Assembly: GCA_043754535.1 (NCBI GenBank)
Contig: JAYUUN010000105.1
Coordinates: 1-64,000 of the forward strand
Source: Chloroflexota bacterium
GTDB lineage: Bacteria; Chloroflexota; Chloroflexia; QHBQ01
DNA: 64,000 nucleotides
Direction: 5' to 3'
In this document: positions 47,858 through 57,665 of the stretch, one piece after another
How the letters are laid out: each line of letters starts with the position of its first letter
Position numbering within the stretch: position 1 is the stretch's first letter
Position numbers and translations under genes: made by a program
Notes under the pieces: generated by a model
What the model saw: the letters and a program-made list of their open reading frames with translations, nothing else
The model's database searches: none
What the model was told of the DNA's origin: nothing

Positions 47858-48960
47858 GGTGAAGGGTCTATCATCTTCAGCAAGAGCAGGCGCACTTCGC
47901 GGCCCTTCGCCAGCATAAAGAGGATGTTGCGCTCGTCTGCGCTCAAGCCCATAGTGTTGACCAGCCTTGCATACTGCTTCATGTACTCGTGCTGATCGCT
48001 CTCTCCCACCCCTGCGTAAGCCAGGGCAGCCAGGATCGCGGCATGGGCAGCACGTAGCTTAGCATCACCAGCGGCCACCGCCGCTTCGATAGCAGCCGCG
48101 ACTACCTCGGCCTTGAGCCGAAACTCCTCTGGCAGCTTCTTGACCATCTCCGCCAAGCTACCGTCGGTCATCGCCTCGTGGATGCGCCTGGTGGTCAGGC
48201 CGCTAACCAGGCGGTGCAGTTCGAGGTACTCGCTGGTCTTGAGCTTGACCCGCAGGCCGTCGCTATAGCGTAGCACCCACCCCTCCACCCCCCGCGAGGC
48301 GGCGGCCACTGCAACCAGCGACGGCACCGCCATGCTCTCCGCCTGCGCCACCAGCTTGAAGCCGTACTGGGCGGCGATCTGTTGCAAGCTAGCATAATTG
48401 TGGTCATAGCCGTCGGCAATCTCTATCGCGCCGATCAGATAGAGGTTCTCCTCACCCCCGTAATCTACCACGATGCTGTTTTGGGGGTAGATGATCTCGA
48501 ATAGCAAGGTGGTGTGCAGCGGGAATTGCGCGCTGGCGAAGTTGCGGCGCACGAACGCAGTTGCCCACTGGGCCTGCTCTGAGTTGAACGCACCCCGCGT
48601 GGCGATGCGATAAACCCCCGCGTACCAGAAGCCAATGCCTAGCGATCCGTCCATCTTGACAGTCACCTCTGGCGGCTCTGGCGGCAGGTTGTCCAGCGTG
48701 GTCTGCGGCATCTCGCCCAGGTTGAAGAACTTACTGAAGGGGCGAGCGGCCAGCCTCGCCGTCGGCCAGTGGAAGATCAGGCCACGGCACATCTGCTCGA
48801 TCTCCGTCCAGCCGTGATCGTAGACTGCCTGCTCGGTGTAGTTGAGGATCAGATACTCACCCTCGACCTGGGCGCGGACGTTGCCCAGGGCGCGGTAAGC
48901 CTCGCGGTTCGCTCCATGCTGGCGCACTGCTTCGGTGATCGTCTCCAATGCGTCAATCAT
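47809..48960 (-). CDS. T4 Rnl1-like RNA ligase
   Basis: CRGLI, RPFSKFFN, motif I KMDGS, FEII, EGWV, RVKLKTSEY. Confidence 0.85.
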   Translation of the reverse strand: MIDALETITEAVRQHGANREAYRALGNVRAQVEGEYLILNYTEQAVYDHGWTEIEQMCRGLIFHWPTARLAARPFSKFFNLGEMPQTTLDNLPPEPPEVTVKMDGSLGIGFWYAGVYRIATRGAFNSEQAQWATAFVRRNFASAQFPLHTTLLFEIIYPQNSIVVDYGGEENLYLIGAIEIADGYDHNYASLQQIAAQYGFKLVAQAESMAVPSLVAVAAASRGVEGWVLRYSDGLRVKLKTSEYLELHRLVSGLTTRRIHEAMTDGSLAEMVKKLPEEFRLKAEVVAAAIEAAVAAGDAKLRAAHAAILAALAYAGVGESDQHEYMKQYARLVNTMGLSADERNILFMLAKGREVRLLLLKMIDPSPYEGLLTFGPASEGAA

Positions 48961-48986
48961 CGCTGATCCTTCATGCTTGCCAGAGC

Positions 48987-50735
48987 TTAGCGGTTCTCGC
49001 GCTGCACCGCCCAGCCGAGGCGGGCCGAACGCAGGCGCAGGCCGAGGCTTGGAGCCACCCGCAACAACCCTCCCTCAATCCGGCCCAGCCGCCGCCCACC
49101 AAGCAGGCGTGCGGCCTTGCGGTAGAGGCGCAGGCTAGCGGCGGCCCTGATCGCCGCCAGGTAGTCCAGCCCCCACAGCCCCATCCGCTTTGCCCCCAGC
49201 ACCCCGAAGGCCAGCGGCAGGATGCGTGGGTAGACCCGCAGGGTATGCAGTGTCACGTGGGTATAGTCGCCCAGCGAAGTCGTGTCCTGGAAGAAGCGGC
49301 GGCTGAGGTCGGGGCCGAGGTCGGCTAGTACGCGGCAAAAGATGTTCATGATCTGGTTCACCTCGTTCTGCTTGCCCTGGGCCAGCCCCGCCTGGGTCGG
49401 CGACATGAAGCGGCTGAAGACCCACATCATGCCCAGGTTCTGCTGATGCGCCCCGATCCGCCGCAGCGAACCAGCATCTAGCAGGTTGCGGCTAAGGGCA
49501 AGATCGAGCAGGCTGACGATGCGGCCAAGATTGCGAACGTGGCTGCCGAAGCCGCAGAAGGTGAGCGGCGATTGCTGGGCTGCCGCGTCGCCAATGCTGA
49601 TGATCCGCTCTGCCGCCCCGCTACCCGCTCGCACGCGCAGGCCGTCGCGATGGCGGGCGGGGATGAAGCCGTAGACGGGCTTGCGGTGTTGGAAATCCTC
49701 ACCGATCCGCTTGTAAGTGGGTAGCAGGCGGAAGTAGTCCTCGAACAGGGCCAGCAGGTCGCACTCGCCACCCTCGTCCAGGTTGGCATAGTAGAAGACG
49801 TAGGTAGTCATCTCATCTTCGCGGCCAGGGAAGCCCTCCCAGATCAACTGCCGCCCGCCCTGCGCGTCGGCCACGCTCACCAGCACGTCACCCACTCCCG
49901 GATCAACCTCGTCTATCGCGCTGCCTTGCACGAAGCCTTGCGCCACCGTGCCGACCGTCGGGCAAACCGCACTGAAGGGCCGTCCGTTGTTGAGTGCTTG
50001 CGCCAGTGGGGAGGTGCTGCCCATGTCATCCACTAGCAGCGCAGCCTTGAAGCGGCAAACCGTCGCGCTGTCATCCTCCACTTCCACCACAATCCCGCCC
50101 AGCTTGCCGCCCGCTTGCACGTAGGCGTGGCGAAAGCCATAGCCAGAGCGGATCAGACTGCCAGTGCCAGACTGCTCGATCTTCTGCACGCAGAGGGCCA
50201 GCAGCGCACTAGCATCCAACGCGAGGTCTAGCACGCCAGTCAGCTTGAGGTCTGCCGCTGGCACATTGATCGTATTGGGGGCGAAGCGGATCACACCCGT
50301 GTGGTAGCGACGCTGGATGATCGGCTCAAGCTCGGCCCAGGTAAACAGGCCCAGGCCAACCAGCCTGCCCAATTCAGCCGCACTGATGTTCCACTCGCGG
50401 TGGGTGCTACCGATCTCCTTGCGGTCGAAGACCAGCACTTTGCGGCGGTAACGGGTCGCTAGCAATGCCGCATCTAGCAGACCCAGCCCAGCCCCAGCGT
50501 AGATCACCTCAAACTCACCGTCGCTGGCTGGTAGCACGTCCACATAGCTGATCACCGGCGCAGGGTCGTGCTGCACGAAGTAGCGTTGCCAGTCCCGATT
50601 GAGGCCGTAGGCGTGGCGCAGCGCAGCCAGGCCACCCGGCATGGCGGTGAACGCGGCTACGGTTAGGGGATAGCGGGAGCGTAGTTGCTCGGCCAGGGCT
50701 TCGGCGGTGCTGTGCAGGTTAGCGGTTGCGGTCAT
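48987..50735 (-). CDS. FAD-dependent oxidoreductase of the CruA/CruP lycopene-cyclase family
   Basis: REWNIS, VCPTVG, QLIWEGFP, GDAAAQQSPLTFCGFGSHVRNL; GAGGA RBS before ATG 50735. Confidence 0.7.
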   Translation of the reverse strand: MTATANLHSTAEALAEQLRSRYPLTVAAFTAMPGGLAALRHAYGLNRDWQRYFVQHDPAPVISYVDVLPASDGEFEVIYAGAGLGLLDAALLATRYRRKVLVFDRKEIGSTHREWNISAAELGRLVGLGLFTWAELEPIIQRRYHTGVIRFAPNTINVPAADLKLTGVLDLALDASALLALCVQKIEQSGTGSLIRSGYGFRHAYVQAGGKLGGIVVEVEDDSATVCRFKAALLVDDMGSTSPLAQALNNGRPFSAVCPTVGTVAQGFVQGSAIDEVDPGVGDVLVSVADAQGGRQLIWEGFPGREDEMTTYVFYYANLDEGGECDLLALFEDYFRLLPTYKRIGEDFQHRKPVYGFIPARHRDGLRVRAGSGAAERIISIGDAAAQQSPLTFCGFGSHVRNLGRIVSLLDLALSRNLLDAGSLRRIGAHQQNLGMMWVFSRFMSPTQAGLAQGKQNEVNQIMNIFCRVLADLGPDLSRRFFQDTTSLGDYTHVTLHTLRVYPRILPLAFGVLGAKRMGLWGLDYLAAIRAAASLRLYRKAARLLGGRRLGRIEGGLLRVAPSLGLRLRSARLGWAVQRENR

Positions 50736-50885
50736 TGGCTCGTCCTCTATGTAATGATCTATTGTAACGGATCGGCTACCTGATAACCAACCATGCCCGC
50801 TTAAACTGCTCACGGTTGCCTTGCAGGTAGCAAGCGAATAAGCGGATAAGCGACTGATAACTGGGTGCTGTTCAGCCGCGTATGG

Positions 50886-51806
50886 TTAGGCTGATCTGCT
50901 GGCAGATGCCCCTTGCAACCCTGAACAGCTAGCCATCTTTAACGCCCTGTGCAGGGTCAACACTGCGATCTCTGGGCGGGCGCGCAGGCGGTGGGGGATG
51001 CCGCTCATGCCGATGCCGCGACTGACATAGAGCGGCAAGCCGTGATGATCGCAGTAGCCACGCAGCAACTCCTCGTGCTTGTGCGGCAGGTGCGGCGCGC
51101 CGAAGAAGGGCAGGATCACCTGGCCGCCGTGCGTGTGACCGCAGAGCATCAGGTCTACTCGCTGCCCTGCGATGCGATCCACAAAGTCGGGGTTGTGGGC
51201 CAGCAGCACGCGGCACTCAGTGCCTGGCAAGCCGCGCAGGGCAGCGGGCAGGTCGTAGTTGTGCGAGCGCAAATCCTCAACCCCAGCGAAGTGTAGGTGC
51301 GCTCCCTCGCGCTCCAAGGTAGCGTGCTGATTGCGTAGCACCTGTGCGCCGCCGCTTTGCAGCCAGCCCACGTTGGCCTGCTCGTGGCCGAAGTAGTCGT
51401 GATTGCCGAGGACAGCGAAGATGCCCTCCTTTGCCACCAGCCTGGCAAGCAGGGTCGGGAAGCGGTAGCCAGCCCTGCGCGTCACGTAGTCACCGAGCAG
51501 GCAGATCACATCTGGCTGCTGGGCATTGGTTCTCTCTACCACGCGGCGCAACTGTCGTTCACCGACCCGCCAGCCGTAATGTATGTCGCTGATTACTACC
51601 AGCCGCAGACCGTCGAAGCTGGGTGGTAGGTTGGGTAGACGGACGGCAGTGTGGGTCACTTCCAGCCAGAAGGGTTCGATGAAGTAGCTATAACCCAACG
51701 TGCCGATGCCCAGCACTGCCGACCCTAGCACCTTCGCTAGCAGCCGCACCTTGCGCCGCCTGAACCGTTGCCGCCCCCAGCCCTCCCGCTCGTCCGCCAC
51801 CGTCAC
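50886..51806 (-). CDS. Metallophosphoesterase (YkuE-like)
   Basis: SDIH, GDYV, GNHD, AHNPD, GHTHGGQ; N-terminal TM after an Arg-rich segment. Confidence 0.92.
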   Translation of the reverse strand: MTVADEREGWGRQRFRRRKVRLLAKVLGSAVLGIGTLGYSYFIEPFWLEVTHTAVRLPNLPPSFDGLRLVVISDIHYGWRVGERQLRRVVERTNAQQPDVICLLGDYVTRRAGYRFPTLLARLVAKEGIFAVLGNHDYFGHEQANVGWLQSGGAQVLRNQHATLEREGAHLHFAGVEDLRSHNYDLPAALRGLPGTECRVLLAHNPDFVDRIAGQRVDLMLCGHTHGGQVILPFFGAPHLPHKHEELLRGYCDHHGLPLYVSRGIGMSGIPHRLRARPEIAVLTLHRALKMASCSGLQGASASRSA

Positions 51807-53704
51807 CGGCTGCCAACCCCCGCCGCCTTCAATGTCGCCTGCTGAATGGCGAACAACTCCGCCAACCCCTTGTCGGCGAGGTTGAGTAGCTGATCAAGGG
51901 CGGCGCGGTCGAAGGGCTTGCCCTCTGCCGTCCCCTGCACTTCGATGTACTTGCCACTGCCGGTCTGCACCACGTTGAAGTCTACCTCGGCCCGCGAGTC
52001 CTCCTCGTAGGCAAGATCGAGACGCGCTTCGCCCGCGACGATCCCGACGCTGATGGCGGCTAGTGGCTCAAGCAGGATGCGTTTGCTGCCGACGCGGTGT
52101 GCCTGTCGCAGCTTGTCTACTGCCAGGGCCAGGGCAACATAGGAGCCAGTAATCGCGGCGGTGCGGGTGCCACCATCGGCGTTGATCACGTCGCAGTCCA
52201 CTGTCAACTGGATGTCACCGAGGGCGACCAGGTCGGTAATCCCACGTAGGCTGCGCCCTATCAGCCGTTGAATCTCCTGGGTGCGCCCGCTGACCTTGCC
52301 TGTACTGGCTTCGCGGCGGTTGCGACCGGGGGTAGCCGAGGGCAACATACTGTACTCAGCCGTCACCCAGCCGCCCTTGCCGACGCGGTGCGGTGGCAGG
52401 TCGGTTTCGGCAGTGACAGCGCAGATCACCTGGGTGCGGCCAAACTCAACCAGCACCGAGGCGGTAGGGAAGACCTGATAGTTGGTGGTGATCTTGATGG
52501 CGCGCAGGTCGGTGGCAGCACGACCATCTGGGCGAGCATTGTTCGGCACGGCTAACTCCGGGGGCGACAGGATTTGCTGGAAGGCGCGGCTCACCTTTGC
52601 GGCTGCGTGCAGGGTAAGGGCTACCATGCTGCTGCTGATCGGCGGCTGATTTGGATACTCCTCTGGGTAAAAGAGGCTCTCCAACAGCGTCTCGGCCAGC
52701 ACAAAGGGCCAGGCAACGGTGAGGGCGGCGGCCAGCAGGTCGCGCTCTATTATACTCAATTTGCACTCGCTCTGATACTCGCTGAGAAAGAGGTCGAACA
52801 GCCTTGCATTGGCCTGCCGTTCGGGGCGCAACTCTGGCTGACCGCCGCCGCTGAAGATCAGCACGCTGAAGTAGAGTAGAGCCTGGGCCAGTTCGAGCAG
52901 GCGGGGAGCGTAGCGCGAGCTATCCCAGCCGCGCACGGTGGTCACTTCGCCTCGGCGGTTGAAGGTGAGATTGTAGCCGTGATAGTTGCCGTGGATGTGT
53001 AGCAGGCGCAGGTGGGGAGCGGCGGCGGCGATGCGGCGGTCGGCCAGGCTGTGGGCATCCGCGATCTGGTCGAGGGCAGCATCAGCCCGCTGGCGGTCGG
53101 CGGGGTCGCGTAGGGCAGCTACGTAGTGGCTGAGCCGATTTAGCCGCGCTCGCCCCTGCCCCAACATTGACCACTGCTCCGGCCAGTAGTTGGTCTCGCC
53201 CGCGTATTGTTCGCTGATGCGGTGTAGTTTGCCGAGGGTACGAGCGGCACTGGCTACCTGCGTCGGGCTGTCGTAGACGAAGTTTACCCCTTCCACCCAC
53301 GCTTGCAGTTCGTAGCTCTCGCCCGCTACCGCCAGGGTGGTCGCCCCGTTGGGCATGGCGATCAGGTTGGGGACGGGCAGCCCGTGGCGACAGACGTGCA
53401 GCATGATCGCTTGCTGGTGGCGGTAATCCTGGGGGCTGGCGGCTGGGTCGTGGTGGTGCAACAGGTAGGCGCGCCCCCAGGCATCGCTGAGGCGCAGGGC
53501 CAGCCGCCCACCATGCAGATTGAGGTGGCGGTCGAGGCGTAGCCCAGGGAGGCCATAGCTGGCGGCGGTTGCTGCAACCAATGGGGCAAACCGCTGGCGC
53601 ACCTCCCTGGCTTCGAGGACGTGATCACGTGGTGGCACGACGAGGGGTGGAGTAAACGAGCGGTCTGCGTCCGGCGCAGCCACCTCATGCGGTTGTGAAA
53701 GCAT
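51803..53704 (-). CDS. rph: Ribonuclease PH fused to an N-terminal APH/choline-kinase-like domain
   Basis: C-terminal part: RPDGR, GWVTAEYSMLP, EIQRLIGRSLR, DGGTRTAAITG, IEVQGTAE. N-terminal part has a kinase-like layout (GLPVP, LGKLH, IHGNYHGYN). Confidence 0.88.
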   Translation of the reverse strand: MLSQPHEVAAPDADRSFTPPLVVPPRDHVLEAREVRQRFAPLVAATAASYGLPGLRLDRHLNLHGGRLALRLSDAWGRAYLLHHHDPAASPQDYRHQQAIMLHVCRHGLPVPNLIAMPNGATTLAVAGESYELQAWVEGVNFVYDSPTQVASAARTLGKLHRISEQYAGETNYWPEQWSMLGQGRARLNRLSHYVAALRDPADRQRADAALDQIADAHSLADRRIAAAAPHLRLLHIHGNYHGYNLTFNRRGEVTTVRGWDSSRYAPRLLELAQALLYFSVLIFSGGGQPELRPERQANARLFDLFLSEYQSECKLSIIERDLLAAALTVAWPFVLAETLLESLFYPEEYPNQPPISSSMVALTLHAAAKVSRAFQQILSPPELAVPNNARPDGRAATDLRAIKITTNYQVFPTASVLVEFGRTQVICAVTAETDLPPHRVGKGGWVTAEYSMLPSATPGRNRREASTGKVSGRTQEIQRLIGRSLRGITDLVALGDIQLTVDCDVINADGGTRTAAITGSYVALALAVDKLRQAHRVGSKRILLEPLAAISVGIVAGEARLDLAYEEDSRAEVDFNVVQTGSGKYIEVQGTAEGKPFDRAALDQLLNLADKGLAELFAIQQATLKAAGVGSR

Positions 53705-53765
53705 TGCAGCGTCCTACTGCGAACCCCTGCCTGACGGCACGACCCCTCACCAGAGGGTCGGGGGT

Positions 53766-55145
53766 TCAGGATGGCGCGTCTCCGCGCTCACGCAGCTCTT
53801 CCAATCGCTGCTTTATCGCGGCTTCGCGCCCGCGATCTGTAGGGATGTAGTAGCGGCGGCCCTGCAAGGTAGCAGGCAACCCCTCTTGTTGTACGTAGCC
53901 ACCTTCATAATCATGGGCATACTTGTAGCCCGCGCCATAGCCGAGCGACTTCATCAACCCGGTGGGGGCGTTCCGCAGGTGCAGCGGCACTGGATCGGCC
54001 CTCGTGTTCCGCACGTCGTCCTTGACTGCCTTGTAACCAGCGTAGAGCGCGTTGCTCTTAGGCGCAACGCTGCAATAGACGACTGCCTGGGCCAGGGCCA
54101 ACTCCGCTTCGGGCAGGCCAATAAACTGAATCGCCTGCTGCGCCGCCATGCAAACAACCAGGGCTTGGGGGTCGGCCATGCCAACATCCTCGCTGGCAAA
54201 GCGCACAATGCGGCGGATGATATACTGCGCGTCCTCCCCCGCCTCCAGCATCCGCCCCAGCCAGTAGAGGGCAGCGTCGGGGTCGCTGCCCCGCATGGTC
54301 TTGTGCAGAGCAGAGATGATGTCATAATGCTGCTCCCCATCCTTGTCGTAGAGGAGAGCTTTGTGCTGCATTGCGTCTTCGATGTCGGTGACGGTGATCG
54401 TGCTACGGCCAGTCTCGTCTGGCGGGGCAGCCAGGGCGGCTAGTTCCAGCGCGTTGAGGGCAGTACGAGCATCACCGTTAGCCAAAGTTACTAGCAGGCT
54501 GATAGCCCCCTCCTCCAGCACCACGTTCGTGGCTCCCAGGCCCCGCTCGTTGTCACTGAGGGCGCGCTGCACCAGGGCGCGGATATAGTCGTTGTCCAGA
54601 GCCTGGAGGACGAAGACGCGGGCGCGTGAGAGCAGGGCAGAGTTGACCTCGAAGCTAGGATTCTCGGTGGTGGCTCCGATCAGGGTGATCGTGCCGTCCT
54701 CGACATAGGGTAGGATCACATCCTGTTGGGCCTTGTTGAAGCGGTGGATTTCGTCAATAAAAAGGACAGTACGCTGACCACTCTGCAAGCGGCGATCCTT
54801 CGCTTCCTGGATCAGGCGGCGCAAGTCGGCCACGCCCGCCGCCACTGCGCTGATCGGCACAAAGTGGCCGCTGACCGCCTCGGCGAGCAGGTGCGCGAGG
54901 GTAGTCTTGCCGCTGCCAGGCGGCCCCCAAAGGATCAGCGAGTTGAGGTTGCCGCTCTCCACCGCCTTCCGCAGTACCCGCCCAGGGCCAATTACCTGCT
55001 CTTGGCCCACGTACTCGTCGAGGCTACGCGGGCGCATCCGGGCGGCAAGGGGGCTGTAGCTGCCCGCTTGCTCGGCTCGCTGCCTATGCAGATCGATCAT
55101 CCCCAACTGGTGGTTGCTAGCCTGCCTGTCTTTTGCCTTCGCCAT
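53766..55145 (-). CDS. rarA: Replication-associated recombination protein A (MgsA)
   Basis: [44 protein letters not shown]. Confidence 0.95.
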   Translation of the reverse strand: MAKAKDRQASNHQLGMIDLHRQRAEQAGSYSPLAARMRPRSLDEYVGQEQVIGPGRVLRKAVESGNLNSLILWGPPGSGKTTLAHLLAEAVSGHFVPISAVAAGVADLRRLIQEAKDRRLQSGQRTVLFIDEIHRFNKAQQDVILPYVEDGTITLIGATTENPSFEVNSALLSRARVFVLQALDNDYIRALVQRALSDNERGLGATNVVLEEGAISLLVTLANGDARTALNALELAALAAPPDETGRSTITVTDIEDAMQHKALLYDKDGEQHYDIISALHKTMRGSDPDAALYWLGRMLEAGEDAQYIIRRIVRFASEDVGMADPQALVVCMAAQQAIQFIGLPEAELALAQAVVYCSVAPKSNALYAGYKAVKDDVRNTRADPVPLHLRNAPTGLMKSLGYGAGYKYAHDYEGGYVQQEGLPATLQGRRYYIPTDRGREAAIKQRLEELRERGDAPS

Positions 55146-55480
55146 GCTCTATTCCTATCCGCAAGTACGCACGAGATGGTAAGGCGCATTGTACACCGAA
55201 TCATGCTTTTACGCAAGCTGAGTTGGTGGTTGGCCTAAGCTGATCGCCTTACTTTACTTACCTGACAGTACAAGGGCTGCCAACAACCCAGTAGTACCAC
55301 AAAACAGAGTACGATGGTACTGCTGTCTTAATCTACGTTGCTGCGAGCCGTTTTGGATTGCGCGACGGGCAGATGATCGGCTGTCCTTGTGCATCTTCTT
55401 TGCGGCTGCTAACAGGCGTTGACTTCCTGCCTGCTTCTCCGTATAATGGGCTTGCTAAATAGCGACTGGGAGGGTGACTA

Positions 55481-57655
55481 ATGGCACGCACGTTGGCGGT
55501 TGCCTCAACTTTGCAGAACGCACGCTACACCATCGCCGAGGTACTGGGCGAGGGCGGCTTTGGTGTTACCTACAAGGGGAACGACAATCGTCTGGGCCGC
55601 ACCGTGGCGATCAAGGAGTTGTTCCCCTTTGGCAGCAACCGCGAAGACGAGGGAGCAGTGACCGCCCCACTGACCTACACCCAGGGACGGTGGGGCAAGG
55701 CGGTTGACGACTTCCTGCGCGAGGCCCGCACCATAGCTGGTCTCGACTATGCTGGCATCGTTGCCGTCTACGACTACTTTGAAGAAAACAATACTGCTTA
55801 CATGGTGATGAAGTTTATTGACGGCATCCCGCTCGACCGCTACGTATGGCAACAGGGTGGCAAGCTGGGTGACGAAGAAGCGGTGCGCTATACAGTTCAT
55901 GTTGGTAACGCCTTGAGTGTGCTGCACAGCCTCAACCTGCTGCACCGTGACGTAAAGCCAAACAATATCATGCTTACTCGTAGCGGGCCAGTGCTGATCG
56001 ACTTTGGGGCCGCCCGCGAGTTCCTGGTTGACCGCTCGGTACAGCAGACCGCCATTGGCACGCTCGGTTTCTCCGCCCCAGAGCAGTTCCACGTCTTTGG
56101 CCGCAAGGGAGCGTATACGGACGTGTACTCGCTGGCGGCCACTACTTACTATATGATCACTGGCAGTGCGCCAACCCCCCCCCTGGACGAGGCTGCCGCC
56201 GCCAGCCCACTCATGCCTGCTCTGGCCCACGCCCTGGCCTTTGAGCCGAAGGAGCGGCCTGCGACAATTGCTGCCTTCCTCGCCGAACTAACCGTCGACA
56301 TGAGCAACGCCCCGACGATCCAGCCGCAGACGGTGGGTGGTTCACAGCCCTTCAACGAGCGGCCTTCCTCCAACCCGCTCCTGCCTTCCGCTGCGCCTAG
56401 CCAGCCGCCTACACCGAGCGTGCCGTCGCTGACTTCTATAGTGCCGCCGCCACTGACCGCTATTGTGCCACCCAGCCAGCCGCCCACACCGAGCGTGCCG
56501 TCGCTGACTGCCGCTGTACCGCCGCCACTGACCGCTATCGTGCCACCCAGCCAGCCGCCTGCCCAGCCTGTCGCCCCCTTGCTAGAGGAGACCACAGCCC
56601 GGCGGAGCTTCCCCATGCTGCCGCTGGTCTCTGGTCTACTGTTGGTGGCAGTGGCGGTGATCCTGCTGCTGGTCTTCAGCAACAGGTCGTCACCATCGCT
56701 GCGAGCCGACCCTGAGAATGCGGGCAAGTCCTCCCCAGTGGTGCTGCTTGCCGATAGTACGCTCACCCCCGCCGACGTGGCTGTTCCGCTCACTGAGCCA
56801 TCATCAGTTGGTGTCAGCCTGCCCTCTACGCCAGAGGCTGACGGTACCCAGCTGCCAGAGGCTGACGGTACCCAGCCGCCAACCGACACCCCGCCTGCTA
56901 CTGATACGTCGCTGCTGCCAACCCCTACGCCCGCCCCTCCTGACACGCCATTGGTGGTTGTCCCAGCAGCCAGCAACACACCGTACATAATCACAGCTAC
57001 CCCACCACCAACCCCACCTGCCACCGCTACGCCGCCCAGCCTCACGCCGAAGTTGACACTCACGCCGAAGCCACCGACTACTACCCCCTTGCTGCCGACT
57101 GCTACGCCAGTGCCTCCCACGCAGCTTATCCCGAACCCTACCACAACTTCGGCAACCGCCCTCGGTGCAAACTGGGAGCGGCTCGGTGCTGCTGACTTCA
57201 ACGCCTACTGTGCCAACGCTTTTGGCGGCGCACAGGCTCGGCTCGACAAACTGCAAGATGCTGGTGTACTCGACTGGGCCTGCTATGGCAACCCCGTGCG
57301 TGTCAGTGGCGTGGTAATGAAGGATGCCTGTATTGAGCAGTATGGCGAGGGAACCACCGCCAACTTCACCAATGCCGATGATGCTTCTAGCTGGAACTGC
57401 TACCAGGGCTACAATCTGCTCGGTGCTGTGCCAGTCAACGAATACTGCACCCGTCGCACGGTCTACGGCGAGGGGCGGCTAGACCCCAACCTGACCCCCG
57501 ATGTGAAGCCCGCCTTCCGCTGGGCCTGCTTTGCCCCTCCCGAAGTGGGTCGGGTGGATGGGGATGTGGCCTGCACCCGGCTCTACCGTCGTTCCTTCGC
57601 CTATTGGCTGACCGCAGACGACCCCCATAGCTGGGTCTGCTACCGCCACAAGTAG
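55481..57655 (+). CDS. Transmembrane Hanks-type Ser/Thr kinase with a Cys/Trp-repeat ectodomain
   Basis: GEGGFG, VAIKE, HRDVKPNN, DFG, APE; one TM; P/T linker; C...WxC repeats. Confidence 0.92.
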   Translation: MARTLAVASTLQNARYTIAEVLGEGGFGVTYKGNDNRLGRTVAIKELFPFGSNREDEGAVTAPLTYTQGRWGKAVDDFLREARTIAGLDYAGIVAVYDYFEENNTAYMVMKFIDGIPLDRYVWQQGGKLGDEEAVRYTVHVGNALSVLHSLNLLHRDVKPNNIMLTRSGPVLIDFGAAREFLVDRSVQQTAIGTLGFSAPEQFHVFGRKGAYTDVYSLAATTYYMITGSAPTPPLDEAAAASPLMPALAHALAFEPKERPATIAAFLAELTVDMSNAPTIQPQTVGGSQPFNERPSSNPLLPSAAPSQPPTPSVPSLTSIVPPPLTAIVPPSQPPTPSVPSLTAAVPPPLTAIVPPSQPPAQPVAPLLEETTARRSFPMLPLVSGLLLVAVAVILLLVFSNRSSPSLRADPENAGKSSPVVLLADSTLTPADVAVPLTEPSSVGVSLPSTPEADGTQLPEADGTQPPTDTPPATDTSLLPTPTPAPPDTPLVVVPAASNTPYIITATPPPTPPATATPPSLTPKLTLTPKPPTTTPLLPTATPVPPTQLIPNPTTTSATALGANWERLGAADFNAYCANAFGGAQARLDKLQDAGVLDWACYGNPVRVSGVVMKDACIEQYGEGTTANFTNADDASSWNCYQGYNLLGAVPVNEYCTRRTVYGEGRLDPNLTPDVKPAFRWACFAPPEVGRVDGDVACTRLYRRSFAYWLTADDPHSWVCYRHK
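56396..56560 (+). repeat. 75-bp coding tandem duplication (PSQPPTPSVPSLT..VPPPLTAIVP)
   Basis: Units start at 56396, 56471 and 56546 (partial). Confidence 0.85.
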
Positions 57656-57665
57656 AAAGCGAGCT

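Noticed and set aside
47809..53704. RNA ligase, metallophosphoesterase and RNase PH as one RNA-repair system
   Set aside because: The phosphoesterase looks membrane-anchored and YkuE-like, and an unrelated flavoprotein gene intervenes; proximity is the only support.
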